Source of the DNA: an uncultured Bacilli bacterium | Lineage (GTDB): Bacteria > Bacillota_I > Bacilli_A > RF39 > UBA660 | Length of the DNA stretch: 46,711 bases | Assembly: GCA_947632405.1 (NCBI GenBank) | Contig: CANRPE010000005.1 | Location: 1 to 46,711, forward strand | Direction: 5' to 3' | In this document: piece after piece, positions 1 through 9,487 of the stretch | Layout: every line of letters begins with the position of its first letter | How positions within the stretch are numbered: position 1 is the first letter of the stretch | Notes under the pieces: model-generated | What the model was told of the DNA's origin: nothing | Seen by the model: the letters and a program-made list of their open reading frames with translations, nothing else | Databases searched by the model: none | Made by a program: the position numbers and the translations under genes

Positions 1-79
1 CAAAAATATAAATAGAAAGGAATTAATCAATCTATAAAAATTTAACTCATTTCTATAAGATTGATTATACAAGGAAATT

Positions 80-1147
80 ATGAAATATCAAAAAGTAGAA
101 GAAGTAAAGTTAATATTAGAAGAAGATCAAAAACAAATTACTAATCTTCAAAAATTAAATGATTTAAAAATAAAATATTTAGGAAAAAAAGGTTTAATTA
201 CAGAATTAAATCAATATATTAAAGATATTCCATCAGAAGAAAGAAAAGAATTTGGTTTATGTGTTAATGAATTAAGAAATGAATTTAATGATTTTTATGA
301 AACAAAGAAAAATTTATTTGAAACAGAAATTTTAAATCAAAAATTGGAAAAAGAAGCTATTGATATTACATTACCAAGTACTAAAACAAAAAGAGGAAGT
401 AAGCATCCTGTTAACAGAATGATTGAAAGAATTGAAGATTTATTTGTTTCCATGGGTTATGATGTAGTATCTGGTCCTGAATTAGAAACAGATGAATTTT
501 GCTTTGAAAGATTAAATTTACCAAAAGGTCATCCTGCAAGGGATATGCAAGATAGTTTTTATATTACAGATGAATATTTATTAAGAACTCAAACTAGTGC
601 TGTTCAAGCAAGAACTTTACTTGCTAATAAAGATAATCCAAAGCCAATTAGAGAAATTGTTCCTGGTAAAACTTATCGAAAAGAAGATGATGCAACACAT
701 TCACATCAATTTTGTCAATGTGAAGGATTAGTTATTGATAAAAAAGAAAATCATGTTTCTTTAGCTGATTTAAAGGGAACTTTAGAAATATTTGTAAAAG
801 AAGTTATTGGAGATAATCTAGATTTAAGATTTAGACCAAGTTATTTTCCTTTTACAGAACCATCTTATGAAGTAGATGTTACTTGTTTTAAATGTGGAGG
901 AAAAGGTTGTCCTTTATGCAAAGATACTGGTTGGATTGAAATTTTAGGTGCAGGTATTGTTCATCCTAATGTTTTAAGAATGAATGGTTATAACCCAGAT
1001 GAATGGGGAGGATTTGCTTTTGGTCCAGGCTTAGAAAGACTTACAATGTTTAGATATGGAATTCCAGATATGAGATATTTATATACTAATGATATTAGAT
1101 TTTTAGAAGAATTTGATAGAAAGGATGATAGCGATGCAATTAAGTAG
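80..1147 (+). CDS. pheS: Phenylalanine--tRNA ligase alpha subunit
   Basis: Motifs HPARDMQDSFY, LLRTQTS, FRPSYFPFTEPS, GFAFGPGLERL; followed by pheT. Confidence 0.98.
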   Translation: MKYQKVEEVKLILEEDQKQITNLQKLNDLKIKYLGKKGLITELNQYIKDIPSEERKEFGLCVNELRNEFNDFYETKKNLFETEILNQKLEKEAIDITLPSTKTKRGSKHPVNRMIERIEDLFVSMGYDVVSGPELETDEFCFERLNLPKGHPARDMQDSFYITDEYLLRTQTSAVQARTLLANKDNPKPIREIVPGKTYRKEDDATHSHQFCQCEGLVIDKKENHVSLADLKGTLEIFVKEVIGDNLDLRFRPSYFPFTEPSYEVDVTCFKCGGKGCPLCKDTGWIEILGAGIVHPNVLRMNGYNPDEWGGFAFGPGLERLTMFRYGIPDMRYLYTNDIRFLEEFDRKDDSDAIK

Positions 1148-3503
1148 AAAATTTGTAAGTGAATATGTAGATATTCCAAAAGATATAGATATTAAAACAC
1201 TTGCTTTAAAACTTACAGACGTTGGAAATGAATTTGATGAAGCTAAAAAATTAATTGATGCGACAAATTTGGTTATTGGTGAAATAATTGAATGTATTCC
1301 ACATCCTGATAGTGATCATTTACATGTATGTAAAGTTAATATAGGAACAGAAATATTACAAATAGTATGTGGAGCACCTAATGCTAGAAGTGGTATTAAA
1401 GTAATAGTTGCATTAGTTGGAGCAAAATTACCTGGAGGAATAATTAAAAAAGGAACTATTCGTGGTATAGAATCTAATGGAATGCTATGTTCTATTGAAG
1501 AATTAGGGTTAGATCATAAATTTTTAAATCCTGAAGATATTGAAGGAATCAAAGAATTAGATCAAGATGCTGTAGTAGGGGAAGATCCTATTAAATATTT
1601 AGAACTTGATGATGAGATAATTGATTTTGATTTAACTTCTAATCGTGGTGATTTATTATCTATTCTTGGAATGGCTTATGAAATTGGAGCTATTTATGAT
1701 AAAAAAGTTAAAGATATTGATTTAAGTTATAAAGAAATAAATCAAGATATTAATAGTCATTTTAATGTCGATGTTAGAACTGATAATTGTTCGTTATTTT
1801 TAGCAAAGAAGGCTCTTAATGTTGAAATTAAAGAAAGTCCTAAGTTTATTAAAAATCGTTTGATAGCTTCAGGAATTCGCCCTATTAATAATGTCGTTGA
1901 TATTTCAAATTATGTTATGTTAGAAACAGGTCAACCACTTCATTTTTATGATGCTGATCATTTAGGTGATACTTTATGTGTTAGAATGGCAGATGAAAAT
2001 GAAAAGTTAGTTACTTTAGATCAACAAGAAAGAAACTTATCTAAAGATGATATTGTTATAGCTGATAAAACTCATGCTATTGGTTTAGCAGGTGTTATGG
2101 GTGGTCTTTCTACTGAAGTTGAAGATACTACAAAAAATATTATTATTGAATCAGCTATTTTTAATGCTACTTTAGTCCGTAGAACAAGTAATAGAATTTT
2201 AAGAAGTGAAGCATCTAATCGTTTCGAAAAAGGTCTTGATCCTAATCGTACTTATATGGCAATAAATCGTGCGGCACATTTATTAGAAAAATATGCTTCT
2301 GCTCAAATAGAAAAAGGAATAGTTACTTATGATAAAACTTCTAAAGAAGAAAAAATTGTAGATATTACTGTAAAAAATATAAATGATGTTTTAGGAACTT
2401 ATTTACAAATGAATGAGATTATCGACATTTTTAGAAGATTAGGATTTAAAACAACTATTGATAAAGAAATAATTAAAGTAAATGTTCCAACAAGACGTTT
2501 AGATATATCAATTAAAGAAGACTTAATTGAAGAAGTAGGAAGAATCTATGGAGTAAACAATATAAAAGGAAAATTACCTATCACTACTATGAAAAAGGGA
2601 AGTTATGATAAAACAACAAGAGAAATTAGAAATAAAATGATATCATTAGGTTTAAATGAAGTTTTATCGTATATTTTAGTATCTAAAGATGATGTTTATA
2701 AATTTACTAATGACGTATTTGAAGATGTAAAATTGTTAGATCCATTAACAGAAGAAAGATCTACACTTAGATATTCTATGATTCCATCTTTAATGAAAAT
2801 ATTTGAGTATAATAAAAAAAGAAACATAAAAGATATTTCTATTTTTGAAATAGGAAAAGGTTTTTATAAAAAGGAAACTTATGGAGAAAATAATAAATTA
2901 TGTTGTTTAATGTATGGTAATTATTATTTAGGAATTAATCATACTCAAAAAGTAGATTTTTATATTATTAAGGGAGTAGTAGAAGAAATTTTAGATTACT
3001 TAGGTTATGCTAATAGATATAGTTTTATAGATGATAATATTCCTAAAGAACTTCATCCAAAATCATCAGCAACTATTTTAGTAGGAAAAGAAGAAATTGG
3101 TATTATTGGTAAAGTTCATCCATCAATTATCAAAGAAGATGTTTATGTTTTTGAAATTAATTTAGATAAACTTTTAGCTATCAAAACTAGTAAAATGAAA
3201 TATAAAGAAATATCTAAATATCCATCTGTTACAAAAGATTTAGCATTTGTGGTTAATAAAAAAATCACTTGTGAAAAAATTATGAAAACAATCAAGAAAA
3301 GTGGAGGAAAATTATTAAAAGAAATTAAAGTATTTGATGTATATACAGGAGAAAATGTAGATGCAGATGAAAAATCACTTGCCTTTTCACTTGTATTTGA
3401 AGACTCTACTAAAACATTAAATGATGATGAGGTAATGGAAATATTTAATTTAATAATTTCAAATGTAGAAAAAGAGCATAATGCTAAATTAAGAGATAAG
3501 TAA
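1134..3503 (+). CDS. pheT: Phenylalanine--tRNA ligase beta subunit
   Basis: HPDSDHL, IVCGAPN, NRGDLLS, RPINNVVDISNYVMLETGQPLH, RFEKG and a C-terminal FDX-ACB domain; ATG at 1134 after AAGGATG preferred over TTG at 1113; overlaps the pheS end. Confidence 0.97.
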   Translation: MQLSRKFVSEYVDIPKDIDIKTLALKLTDVGNEFDEAKKLIDATNLVIGEIIECIPHPDSDHLHVCKVNIGTEILQIVCGAPNARSGIKVIVALVGAKLPGGIIKKGTIRGIESNGMLCSIEELGLDHKFLNPEDIEGIKELDQDAVVGEDPIKYLELDDEIIDFDLTSNRGDLLSILGMAYEIGAIYDKKVKDIDLSYKEINQDINSHFNVDVRTDNCSLFLAKKALNVEIKESPKFIKNRLIASGIRPINNVVDISNYVMLETGQPLHFYDADHLGDTLCVRMADENEKLVTLDQQERNLSKDDIVIADKTHAIGLAGVMGGLSTEVEDTTKNIIIESAIFNATLVRRTSNRILRSEASNRFEKGLDPNRTYMAINRAAHLLEKYASAQIEKGIVTYDKTSKEEKIVDITVKNINDVLGTYLQMNEIIDIFRRLGFKTTIDKEIIKVNVPTRRLDISIKEDLIEEVGRIYGVNNIKGKLPITTMKKGSYDKTTREIRNKMISLGLNEVLSYILVSKDDVYKFTNDVFEDVKLLDPLTEERSTLRYSMIPSLMKIFEYNKKRNIKDISIFEIGKGFYKKETYGENNKLCCLMYGNYYLGINHTQKVDFYIIKGVVEEILDYLGYANRYSFIDDNIPKELHPKSSATILVGKEEIGIIGKVHPSIIKEDVYVFEINLDKLLAIKTSKMKYKEISKYPSVTKDLAFVVNKKITCEKIMKTIKKSGGKLLKEIKVFDVYTGENVDADEKSLAFSLVFEDSTKTLNDDEVMEIFNLIISNVEKEHNAKLRDK

Positions 3504-3514
3504 AAAAAAAGAGT

Positions 3515-4063
3515 TTATATTGCTCTATATTTATCCTGATCTTTATAAGGATTATTCTTATCTATATGATCATAAAATAAGATTCCATTTAAATGATCTA
3601 TTTCATGTTGAAAAGCAATCGCAACTTCTTCTCTTGCTCGTACTTTAATTTTATTACCATTTTCGTCATATCCTTCAATAGTTATTCTAGCATATCTAGG
3701 AACAATTCCATCTACTTCACGATTTACACTTAAACAACCTTCACCTAGTTCTACATAAATTTTTTCCATAGAAGTACTAACTATTTTAGGATTAATAATT
3801 ATATAATTTTCAAATTTTCCTTCATCATATTCATTTACTACAACAAAATAGCGTTTAGGTATTCCAAGTTGAATAGCAGATAATCCCATACCAGGTCTTA
3901 AATTATATTTTTCTGCTAATTCTTCAATTTGACTATTAGTTAAATATTCTATCATGTCATCTATATGTTTTTTATCTTCTTTTGATAATGGAAAAATAAT
4001 ATCCTTACTTAGTGTTCTTAGTCTTTTATCTTTTTCATTTAATATATCTTTATTTTTTAGCAT
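3515..4063 (-). CDS. def: Peptide deformylase
   Basis: GMGLSAIQLG, EGCLS and QHEIDHLNG motifs. Confidence 0.97.
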   Translation of the reverse strand: MLKNKDILNEKDKRLRTLSKDIIFPLSKEDKKHIDDMIEYLTNSQIEELAEKYNLRPGMGLSAIQLGIPKRYFVVVNEYDEGKFENYIIINPKIVSTSMEKIYVELGEGCLSVNREVDGIVPRYARITIEGYDENGNKIKVRAREEVAIAFQHEIDHLNGILFYDHIDKNNPYKDQDKYRAI

Positions 4064-4164
4064 ATATTATCACTTCCTAATACTATTATATTTTATCAAA
4101 AAAAAGAATTGTTGAAAAGTCTAATTGAAATTACTTAGAAAGTTTATTCTTTTTTCGAGTGGTT

Positions 4165-4193
4165 ATTATATCAAAAAACTAAAGAAAAGTCAA
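4165..4193 (-). promoter_or_regulatory. Sigma-A promoter upstream of def
   Basis: Minus strand TTGACT (4188-4193), 17-nt spacer, TGnTATAAT (-10 at 4165-4170). Confidence 0.65.
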
Positions 4194-4222
4194 AAAAAAC
4201 GTATAAGATAAGCTTATACGTT
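4192..4222 (-). terminator. Intrinsic terminator of the YjcZ-like gene
   Basis: Perfect 10-bp stem AACGTATAAG/CTTATACGTT, 5-nt loop, U-run on the minus strand. Confidence 0.8.
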
Positions 4223-4227
4223 ATTTA

Positions 4228-4389
4228 TTATTGTGCCCAACGAGTACCAATGACAATTACTAATAAGATAAATAAAACTAAGATAATTGCATAAATTGAG
4301 TTGTTATTATTATTACCACAACAACTAGTTGGATAATACATTTGTGGACAAGATTGACCACAAGATGATCCGCCACCATAGTAATACAT
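4228..4389 (-). CDS. YjcZ/SscA-family small sporulation membrane peptide (53 aa, not in ORF track)
   Basis: MYYYGGGSSCGQSCPQMYYPTSCCGNNNNNSIYAIILVLFILLVIVIGTRWAQ; strong RBS AAAAGGAGG 9 nt upstream; C-terminal AIILVLFILLVIVIG matches the family pattern (F/A)ALIVVLFILLIIVG. Confidence 0.85.
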   Translation of the reverse strand: MYYYGGGSSCGQSCPQMYYPTSCCGNNNNNSIYAIILVLFILLVIVIGTRWAQ

Positions 4390-4420
4390 ATTACATTGCC
4401 TCCTTTTACTTAATCTATTA

Positions 4421-4448
4421 TAAAGTATGTAAATGTCTGTATTTTGTT
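4421..4448 (-). promoter_or_regulatory. Putative mother-cell (sigma-K/sigma-E type) promoter of the YjcZ-like gene
   Basis: Minus strand AC-N16-CATACTTTA fits the sigma-K consensus AC-N16/17-CATAnnnTA. Confidence 0.45.
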
Positions 4449-4530
4449 AATTAAACTTACCTAAAACAATATTTATCTATAAAATTTAATTATTTTATGT
4501 TATGATACTATATGAAAGGTAGCGTTTAAG

Positions 4531-5691
4531 ATGGTTAAAAGAAAACGAGAAAAAAAGGTACTTAGATATTTAGATATGCCTCTTTTAATTGCAAATCTTA
4601 TTTTATTTGTAATTGGTTTAATAATGGTCTTTTCTTCATCTAATGTTACTGCATATATGTCACATGCGGTAAGTCCATATAATTATTTTATTAAACAAAC
4701 TATCTTTTTAATTATTGGTTTAATTATGTTTTTAATAATGATTAGATTTAATACAAAAGTTTATGGGATGTTTTCTTGGATTTTATTATTAGCAGTTGTT
4801 GCGAGTTTGATTATTTTATTAATTTATGGAAAAGCAACAAATGATGCAGTAAGTTGGTTTGATTTTGGACCTTTTAGTTTTCAACCGAGTGAATTTATTA
4901 AAATAATTATTATTGTTTGGATGGCTAGATTTTATGAAATGAATGAAAAAAAATTAACATCTTATTCTACTGCACTTTTTCCACCAATTGTTGCTGCAGG
5001 AATTGCTGTACTTATTATGTTACAACCAGATTTGGGTACGGCCATTATTTTTAGTGTAATAGTTTTCTTTCTTTTTTTAGCTGCTCCAATTTCAAATAGT
5101 ATTAAAAATAAAACCATTTTTGGTTGTATAGGAATGATTTTAGTTATTGCCATGGTTTTGATTACAACAGGGGGTTCTATTTTAGAATCAAGACAACTTT
5201 CAAGATTTAATTTTCGAAATCCATGTTCTAGATTATTAACAACAGGTTCACAAGTATGTAATGGTTATATTGCTATTAATAATGGAGGTTTAACAGGTAC
5301 TGGACTTGGTAATTCTACTCAAAAATATTTATATTTACCAGAACCATATACTGATTTTATTTTTGCTATAATAGTAGAAGAAATGGGAGCTATTTTTGGA
5401 ATTGGAATTATTTTATTATATATGTTTGTATTATATCGAATTTTAATGATTGGACGGTCTAGTTATACAAATAGAGGTTCTTTAATGTGTTATGGTATTG
5501 CAATTTATATTTTTTGTCATATTGCAGTAAATTTATTAGGATTATTTGGATTAATGCCATTAACAGGTGTTCCACTTCCATTTATGAGTTATGGTGGATC
5601 ATTTACTATTTGTTTAATCGCAGCTTTAACAATTGTTCAAAGAGTAAATATTGAAAATAAAATTAGAGATTCTTTAAAGAAAAGTAACTAA
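4531..5691 (+). CDS. ftsW: SEDS-family peptidoglycan polymerase (FtsW/SpoVE/RodA)
   Basis: Multi-TM; FQPSEFIK, QPDLGTA, YLPEPYTDFIFAII, GVPLPFMSYGGS; the paralog assignment is uncertain. Confidence 0.8.
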   Translation: MVKRKREKKVLRYLDMPLLIANLILFVIGLIMVFSSSNVTAYMSHAVSPYNYFIKQTIFLIIGLIMFLIMIRFNTKVYGMFSWILLLAVVASLIILLIYGKATNDAVSWFDFGPFSFQPSEFIKIIIIVWMARFYEMNEKKLTSYSTALFPPIVAAGIAVLIMLQPDLGTAIIFSVIVFFLFLAAPISNSIKNKTIFGCIGMILVIAMVLITTGGSILESRQLSRFNFRNPCSRLLTTGSQVCNGYIAINNGGLTGTGLGNSTQKYLYLPEPYTDFIFAIIVEEMGAIFGIGIILLYMFVLYRILMIGRSSYTNRGSLMCYGIAIYIFCHIAVNLLGLFGLMPLTGVPLPFMSYGGSFTICLIAALTIVQRVNIENKIRDSLKKSN

Positions 5692-5705
5692 CTTTTCTTT
5701 TTTTT
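5676..5705 (+). terminator. Intrinsic terminator after ftsW
   Basis: AAAGAAAAGT-aacta-ACTTTTCTTT followed by a T-run. Confidence 0.65.
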
Positions 5706-5731
5706 GACAATTATTTAGTAGGAGGTGTTAT

Positions 5732-6439
5732 ATGACGTTTAAATATCGTTACCGAAAACAAATAATTATTTGCCTACTTATTTTATTATGTCTTGGCGGT
5801 GGAGGAACTTTTTTCTTTTTAAAAATTAAAAATAAACCAAAGTCAAAGACTAAAGATATAGTTATTAGTAACAAAATAGAAAAAGAAAAGAAAAATTCTC
5901 CTACTTTAAAAAATAAAAAAACTATAACTAATGAAATTATGGTAGATGTAAAGGGATTTGTTAATCAGCCTGGAATATATAAATTAGAAGATGGAAGTAG
6001 AGTAATTGATGCTATTCAATTAGCAGGTGGTGTTACTAATGAAGCTGATATGAGTGTTTTAAATCTTAGTAAAAAAATAAAAGATGAAATGGTTATTATT
6101 GTTTATAGCTATGAACAGGTAAATCAGTTTAAACAAGTAAAAGAAGAAGAAAATAAAATTAATGAAGATTGTCAGTTAGGACTTAATGAAATAAAAAATG
6201 ATGCATGTATAGATACTTCATCTGAACCAGAAATGTCAAATAATTCTAAAGTTATTTCAATAAATAGTGCAACTTTAGAAGAATTAATGCAACTAGAAGG
6301 AGTAGGTGAAGCAAAGGCTAAAGCAATTATTGAATATCGTCAAAAAAATGGATTATTTCAAAAAATAGAAGATTTATTAAATGTAAATGGAATAGGAGAA
6401 AGTTTACTTGCTAAGATTAAGGAAAATATTACTTTATGA
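5732..6439 (+). CDS. comEA: Competence DNA receptor ComEA
   Basis: N-terminal TM, SLBB region (VDVKGFVNQPGIY...RVIDAI), C-terminal HhH (ININSATLEEL-type, GVGEAKA, VNGIGE). Confidence 0.93.
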   Translation: MTFKYRYRKQIIICLLILLCLGGGGTFFFLKIKNKPKSKTKDIVISNKIEKEKKNSPTLKNKKTITNEIMVDVKGFVNQPGIYKLEDGSRVIDAIQLAGGVTNEADMSVLNLSKKIKDEMVIIVYSYEQVNQFKQVKEEENKINEDCQLGLNEIKNDACIDTSSEPEMSNNSKVISINSATLEELMQLEGVGEAKAKAIIEYRQKNGLFQKIEDLLNVNGIGESLLAKIKENITL

Positions 6440-8489
6440 TTCTATGTATTATCTTTTTTTTCTAATTTTTCTTATTATAGCTATTTATAGAATTCAACTT
6501 CCATTAAAAACTAATTATTCAGTAAATCAAAATCAAATTGAAGGAAAAGTAATAGATATTAATATTGATGGTAATCAATTAGATTTAATTATTAAAAATA
6601 AAGAAAAAATAAAATCAACTTACTATTTTAAAACTTTAACAGAAAAGAAAAAAGTAACTGAAAATATTAATTTAGGAGATTATTTATTATTAAAAGGTCA
6701 ATTAAAAAGACCACCAAAATCAAAAACAAAGGGTTTATTTGATTATCAAGATTATCTAAAAAGACAAAAAATTACTTTTTTACAAGAAATAGATGAAATT
6801 ATTATTACTAAGAAAAATAAAAATATCTTTTATAAAGTCAATAATTGGGTAATATTAAAATGTCTTAATCCTTATGTAAAAGTATTTATTTTAGGTGATA
6901 AAAGTGATTTAACTAAAGATATTATTACTAAATATCAAAATTTAGGAATTAGTCATTTGTTTGCTTTAAGTGGGATGCATATTACATTATTATCTACTTT
7001 TTTACTAAAATTTTTAAAAAAATGTTCTATCAAGGAAGAAAAAAGATATTTATTTGTTTCTTTATTTTTATTATTTTATTTATTTTTAACAGGTATATCT
7101 CCTTCTATTTTACGAGCAGTTTTATTTTTTATACTTTTTTCTTTTAATAAAATTTATTATTTATATATAAAAAGTACTAATATTTTTATTTTAGTTTTAA
7201 TAATTAGTTTAACTCTTAATCCTTATTATTTATTAGATATTGGTTTTTTATATTCATTTACAATTAGTTTTACTTTAATTATAATGAGTAATACTATTAA
7301 TAATTTAACTACTTATTTAAAAAAACTATTAATGAGTTCTTTTCTATCATTTATAGTTAGTATTCCTATCTCTTTATATTTTTTTAATCAAATTAATATT
7401 TTAAGTATTTTTTATAATTTGTTTTATGTTCCTTTAATTAGTTATCTAATTTTTCCATTTTCTATCATAACTTTTATTTTTCCAAAACTAAATTTTATTT
7501 TTAATTATTTAATTTTTTTATTAGAAAATAGTTGTAATATATTAGATAAAATTTCTTTTTCTAAATTAACTTTTTCATCTTTATCAATTTCTTTTTATAT
7601 TATTTATATTCTTGTAATTATTATTTTTCTTTTTGGTTTAAAAAAGAAAAAATATTATTTAAGTATATTATTAATTTTATTATTGATTTTTCATTATTTA
7701 ATTCCAAATTTAGTTAATAAAAATTATTTGTTGGCAATTGATGTTGGTCAAGGTGATTCAATTTTGTTACATTTTAGTAATCAAAATATTTTAATAGATA
7801 CAGGAGGAGTTATGAATTATGATAATAAGTCTTGGCAACAAAAAAAGAATAAATCTTCAATAGCACTATCAACTACTATTCCTTTACTAAAAAAATTAGG
7901 AGTAAAGAAAATAGATTATTTAATATTAAGTCATGGTGATGCTGATCATATGGGAGAAAGTATTAATTTAATTCAAAATTTTAAAGTAAGTACAGTAATA
8001 TTAAATTGTGGTCAATTTAATGGATTAGAGAAAAATTTAATTAGTATTTTAAATAAAAATAAAATTAAATATTATAGTTGTATTAAACAATTAAATTTAG
8101 ATAATAATCAATTATATTTTTTAGATACTAAATTATATAATAATGAAAATGATAATAGTAATGTAATTTATACAGAATTTAATAATTATAAGTTTCTTTT
8201 TATGGGAGATGCTGGAATTGAAGTAGAAAAAAATCTTATAGAAAAATATAATTTAACAGATATAGATATATTAAAAGTAGGGCATCATGGTTCTAATACG
8301 TCATCAAGTAAAGAATTTATTGATAGTATTAATCCTAAATACGCAATTATAAGTGTTGGTAAAAATAATCGTTATAATCATCCAAATCATCAAACTTTAA
8401 AAACTTTAAAAAATAGTATTATTCTAAGAACAGATAAAGAAGGAAGTATTATGTTTACAATTAAAAATAATATTTTAAAGAAACAATAA
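6408..8489 (+). CDS. comEC: Competence DNA uptake channel ComEC
   Basis: SHLFALSGMH competence motif, TM region, metallo-beta-lactamase domain (DVGQGDS, SHGDADH, GHHGS); TTG start with AGGAGA RBS overlapping comEA. Confidence 0.93.
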   Translation: MLRLRKILLYDSMYYLFFLIFLIIAIYRIQLPLKTNYSVNQNQIEGKVIDINIDGNQLDLIIKNKEKIKSTYYFKTLTEKKKVTENINLGDYLLLKGQLKRPPKSKTKGLFDYQDYLKRQKITFLQEIDEIIITKKNKNIFYKVNNWVILKCLNPYVKVFILGDKSDLTKDIITKYQNLGISHLFALSGMHITLLSTFLLKFLKKCSIKEEKRYLFVSLFLLFYLFLTGISPSILRAVLFFILFSFNKIYYLYIKSTNIFILVLIISLTLNPYYLLDIGFLYSFTISFTLIIMSNTINNLTTYLKKLLMSSFLSFIVSIPISLYFFNQINILSIFYNLFYVPLISYLIFPFSIITFIFPKLNFIFNYLIFLLENSCNILDKISFSKLTFSSLSISFYIIYILVIIIFLFGLKKKKYYLSILLILLLIFHYLIPNLVNKNYLLAIDVGQGDSILLHFSNQNILIDTGGVMNYDNKSWQQKKNKSSIALSTTIPLLKKLGVKKIDYLILSHGDADHMGESINLIQNFKVSTVILNCGQFNGLEKNLISILNKNKIKYYSCIKQLNLDNNQLYFLDTKLYNNENDNSNVIYTEFNNYKFLFMGDAGIEVEKNLIEKYNLTDIDILKVGHHGSNTSSSKEFIDSINPKYAIISVGKNNRYNHPNHQTLKTLKNSIILRTDKEGSIMFTIKNNILKKQ

Positions 8490-8527
8490 AGCTAAATATA
8501 TAAACTTTAAAATTTATCTTTAAAATC

Positions 8528-8556
8528 TTGCCTTTTTTATAAAAATTTATTACAAT
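8528..8556 (+). promoter_or_regulatory. Sigma-A promoter of dnaI
   Basis: TTGCCT-17 nt-TACAAT. Confidence 0.5.
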
Positions 8557-8579
8557 AAAATAAATAGAGGTGATTCGAT

Positions 8580-9485
8580 ATGAAAAATATTAATACAATA
8601 ATTAATAAAAAAGAATCACTTGACTTAAAACGTTCCTATATGGATGCTTGTAGTAATCCAGAATTTAAAGAGTTTATTGAAACATTACCAATTGAAGAAG
8701 ATATTTTAATAAAATATACTTCAAAATTAGAAGAAGCTTCTGTAGAATTTCATCATTGTAAAAATTGTAAAAATATTTTAAATTGTAAAAATCAAATAAC
8801 AGGTTATTGTTATACTCCAGAAAAAGATAAGGGCATAATTCATTTTTCTTATGTAATGTGTGAAAAAAAGAAAAACCAAGAAAAAGAATATGAATATTTA
8901 GAAAATATTAAATATTATGAAGTTGCTGAAGAAATAAAAAAAGCTTCTTTTAAAAATCTATATAAAGATGATACTAATCGTGTTCCAATATTAAAATATA
9001 TTACAGAATTTATAAAAAAATATGGAACAAAAGAACAAGAAAAAGGTCTTTATTTAAATGGATCTTTTGGCTCAGGAAAAACATATTTAATTGCTGCATT
9101 ATTTAATGATATGGCGAAGAAAAATATCAAAAGTGCAATTATTTATTATCCAGAATTTTTAAGAGATTTAAAAGCTTCTTTTAATAGAGATTATGAAGAA
9201 AAATTTAATTATATTAAGAAAGTAGAACTGCTACTTTTAGATGATATAGGAGCAGAAAATGTTACTACTTTTAGTAGAGATGAAGTTTTAGGACCAATTT
9301 TACAGTATCGAATGGAAGAAAATTTACCAACTTTTTTTACTTCTAATTTAACGCTGGAAGAATTAGAATCGAATTTAGCTATAACAACAAGTGGTGTTGA
9401 TAAAGTAAAAGCTAGACGAATAATTGAACGTATAAAACAACTTACAGTTGATATGAAATTAATTAGTAAAAATAGGAGGAACTAA
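8580..9485 (+). CDS. dnaI: Primosomal helicase loader DnaI
   Basis: N-terminal Cys cluster, Walker A GSFGSGKT, Walker B LLLLDDIGAE, RDEVLGPILQYRM, TFFTSN. Confidence 0.93.
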   Translation: MKNINTIINKKESLDLKRSYMDACSNPEFKEFIETLPIEEDILIKYTSKLEEASVEFHHCKNCKNILNCKNQITGYCYTPEKDKGIIHFSYVMCEKKKNQEKEYEYLENIKYYEVAEEIKKASFKNLYKDDTNRVPILKYITEFIKKYGTKEQEKGLYLNGSFGSGKTYLIAALFNDMAKKNIKSAIIYYPEFLRDLKASFNRDYEEKFNYIKKVELLLLDDIGAENVTTFSRDEVLGPILQYRMEENLPTFFTSNLTLEELESNLAITTSGVDKVKARRIIERIKQLTVDMKLISKNRRN

Positions 9486-9487
9486 AT

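Noticed and set aside
988-1179. 63-aa minus-strand ORF
   Set aside because: Antisense shadow of pheS/pheT with no recognisable motif.
4962-5153. 63-aa minus-strand ORF
   Set aside because: Lies entirely antisense within ftsW.
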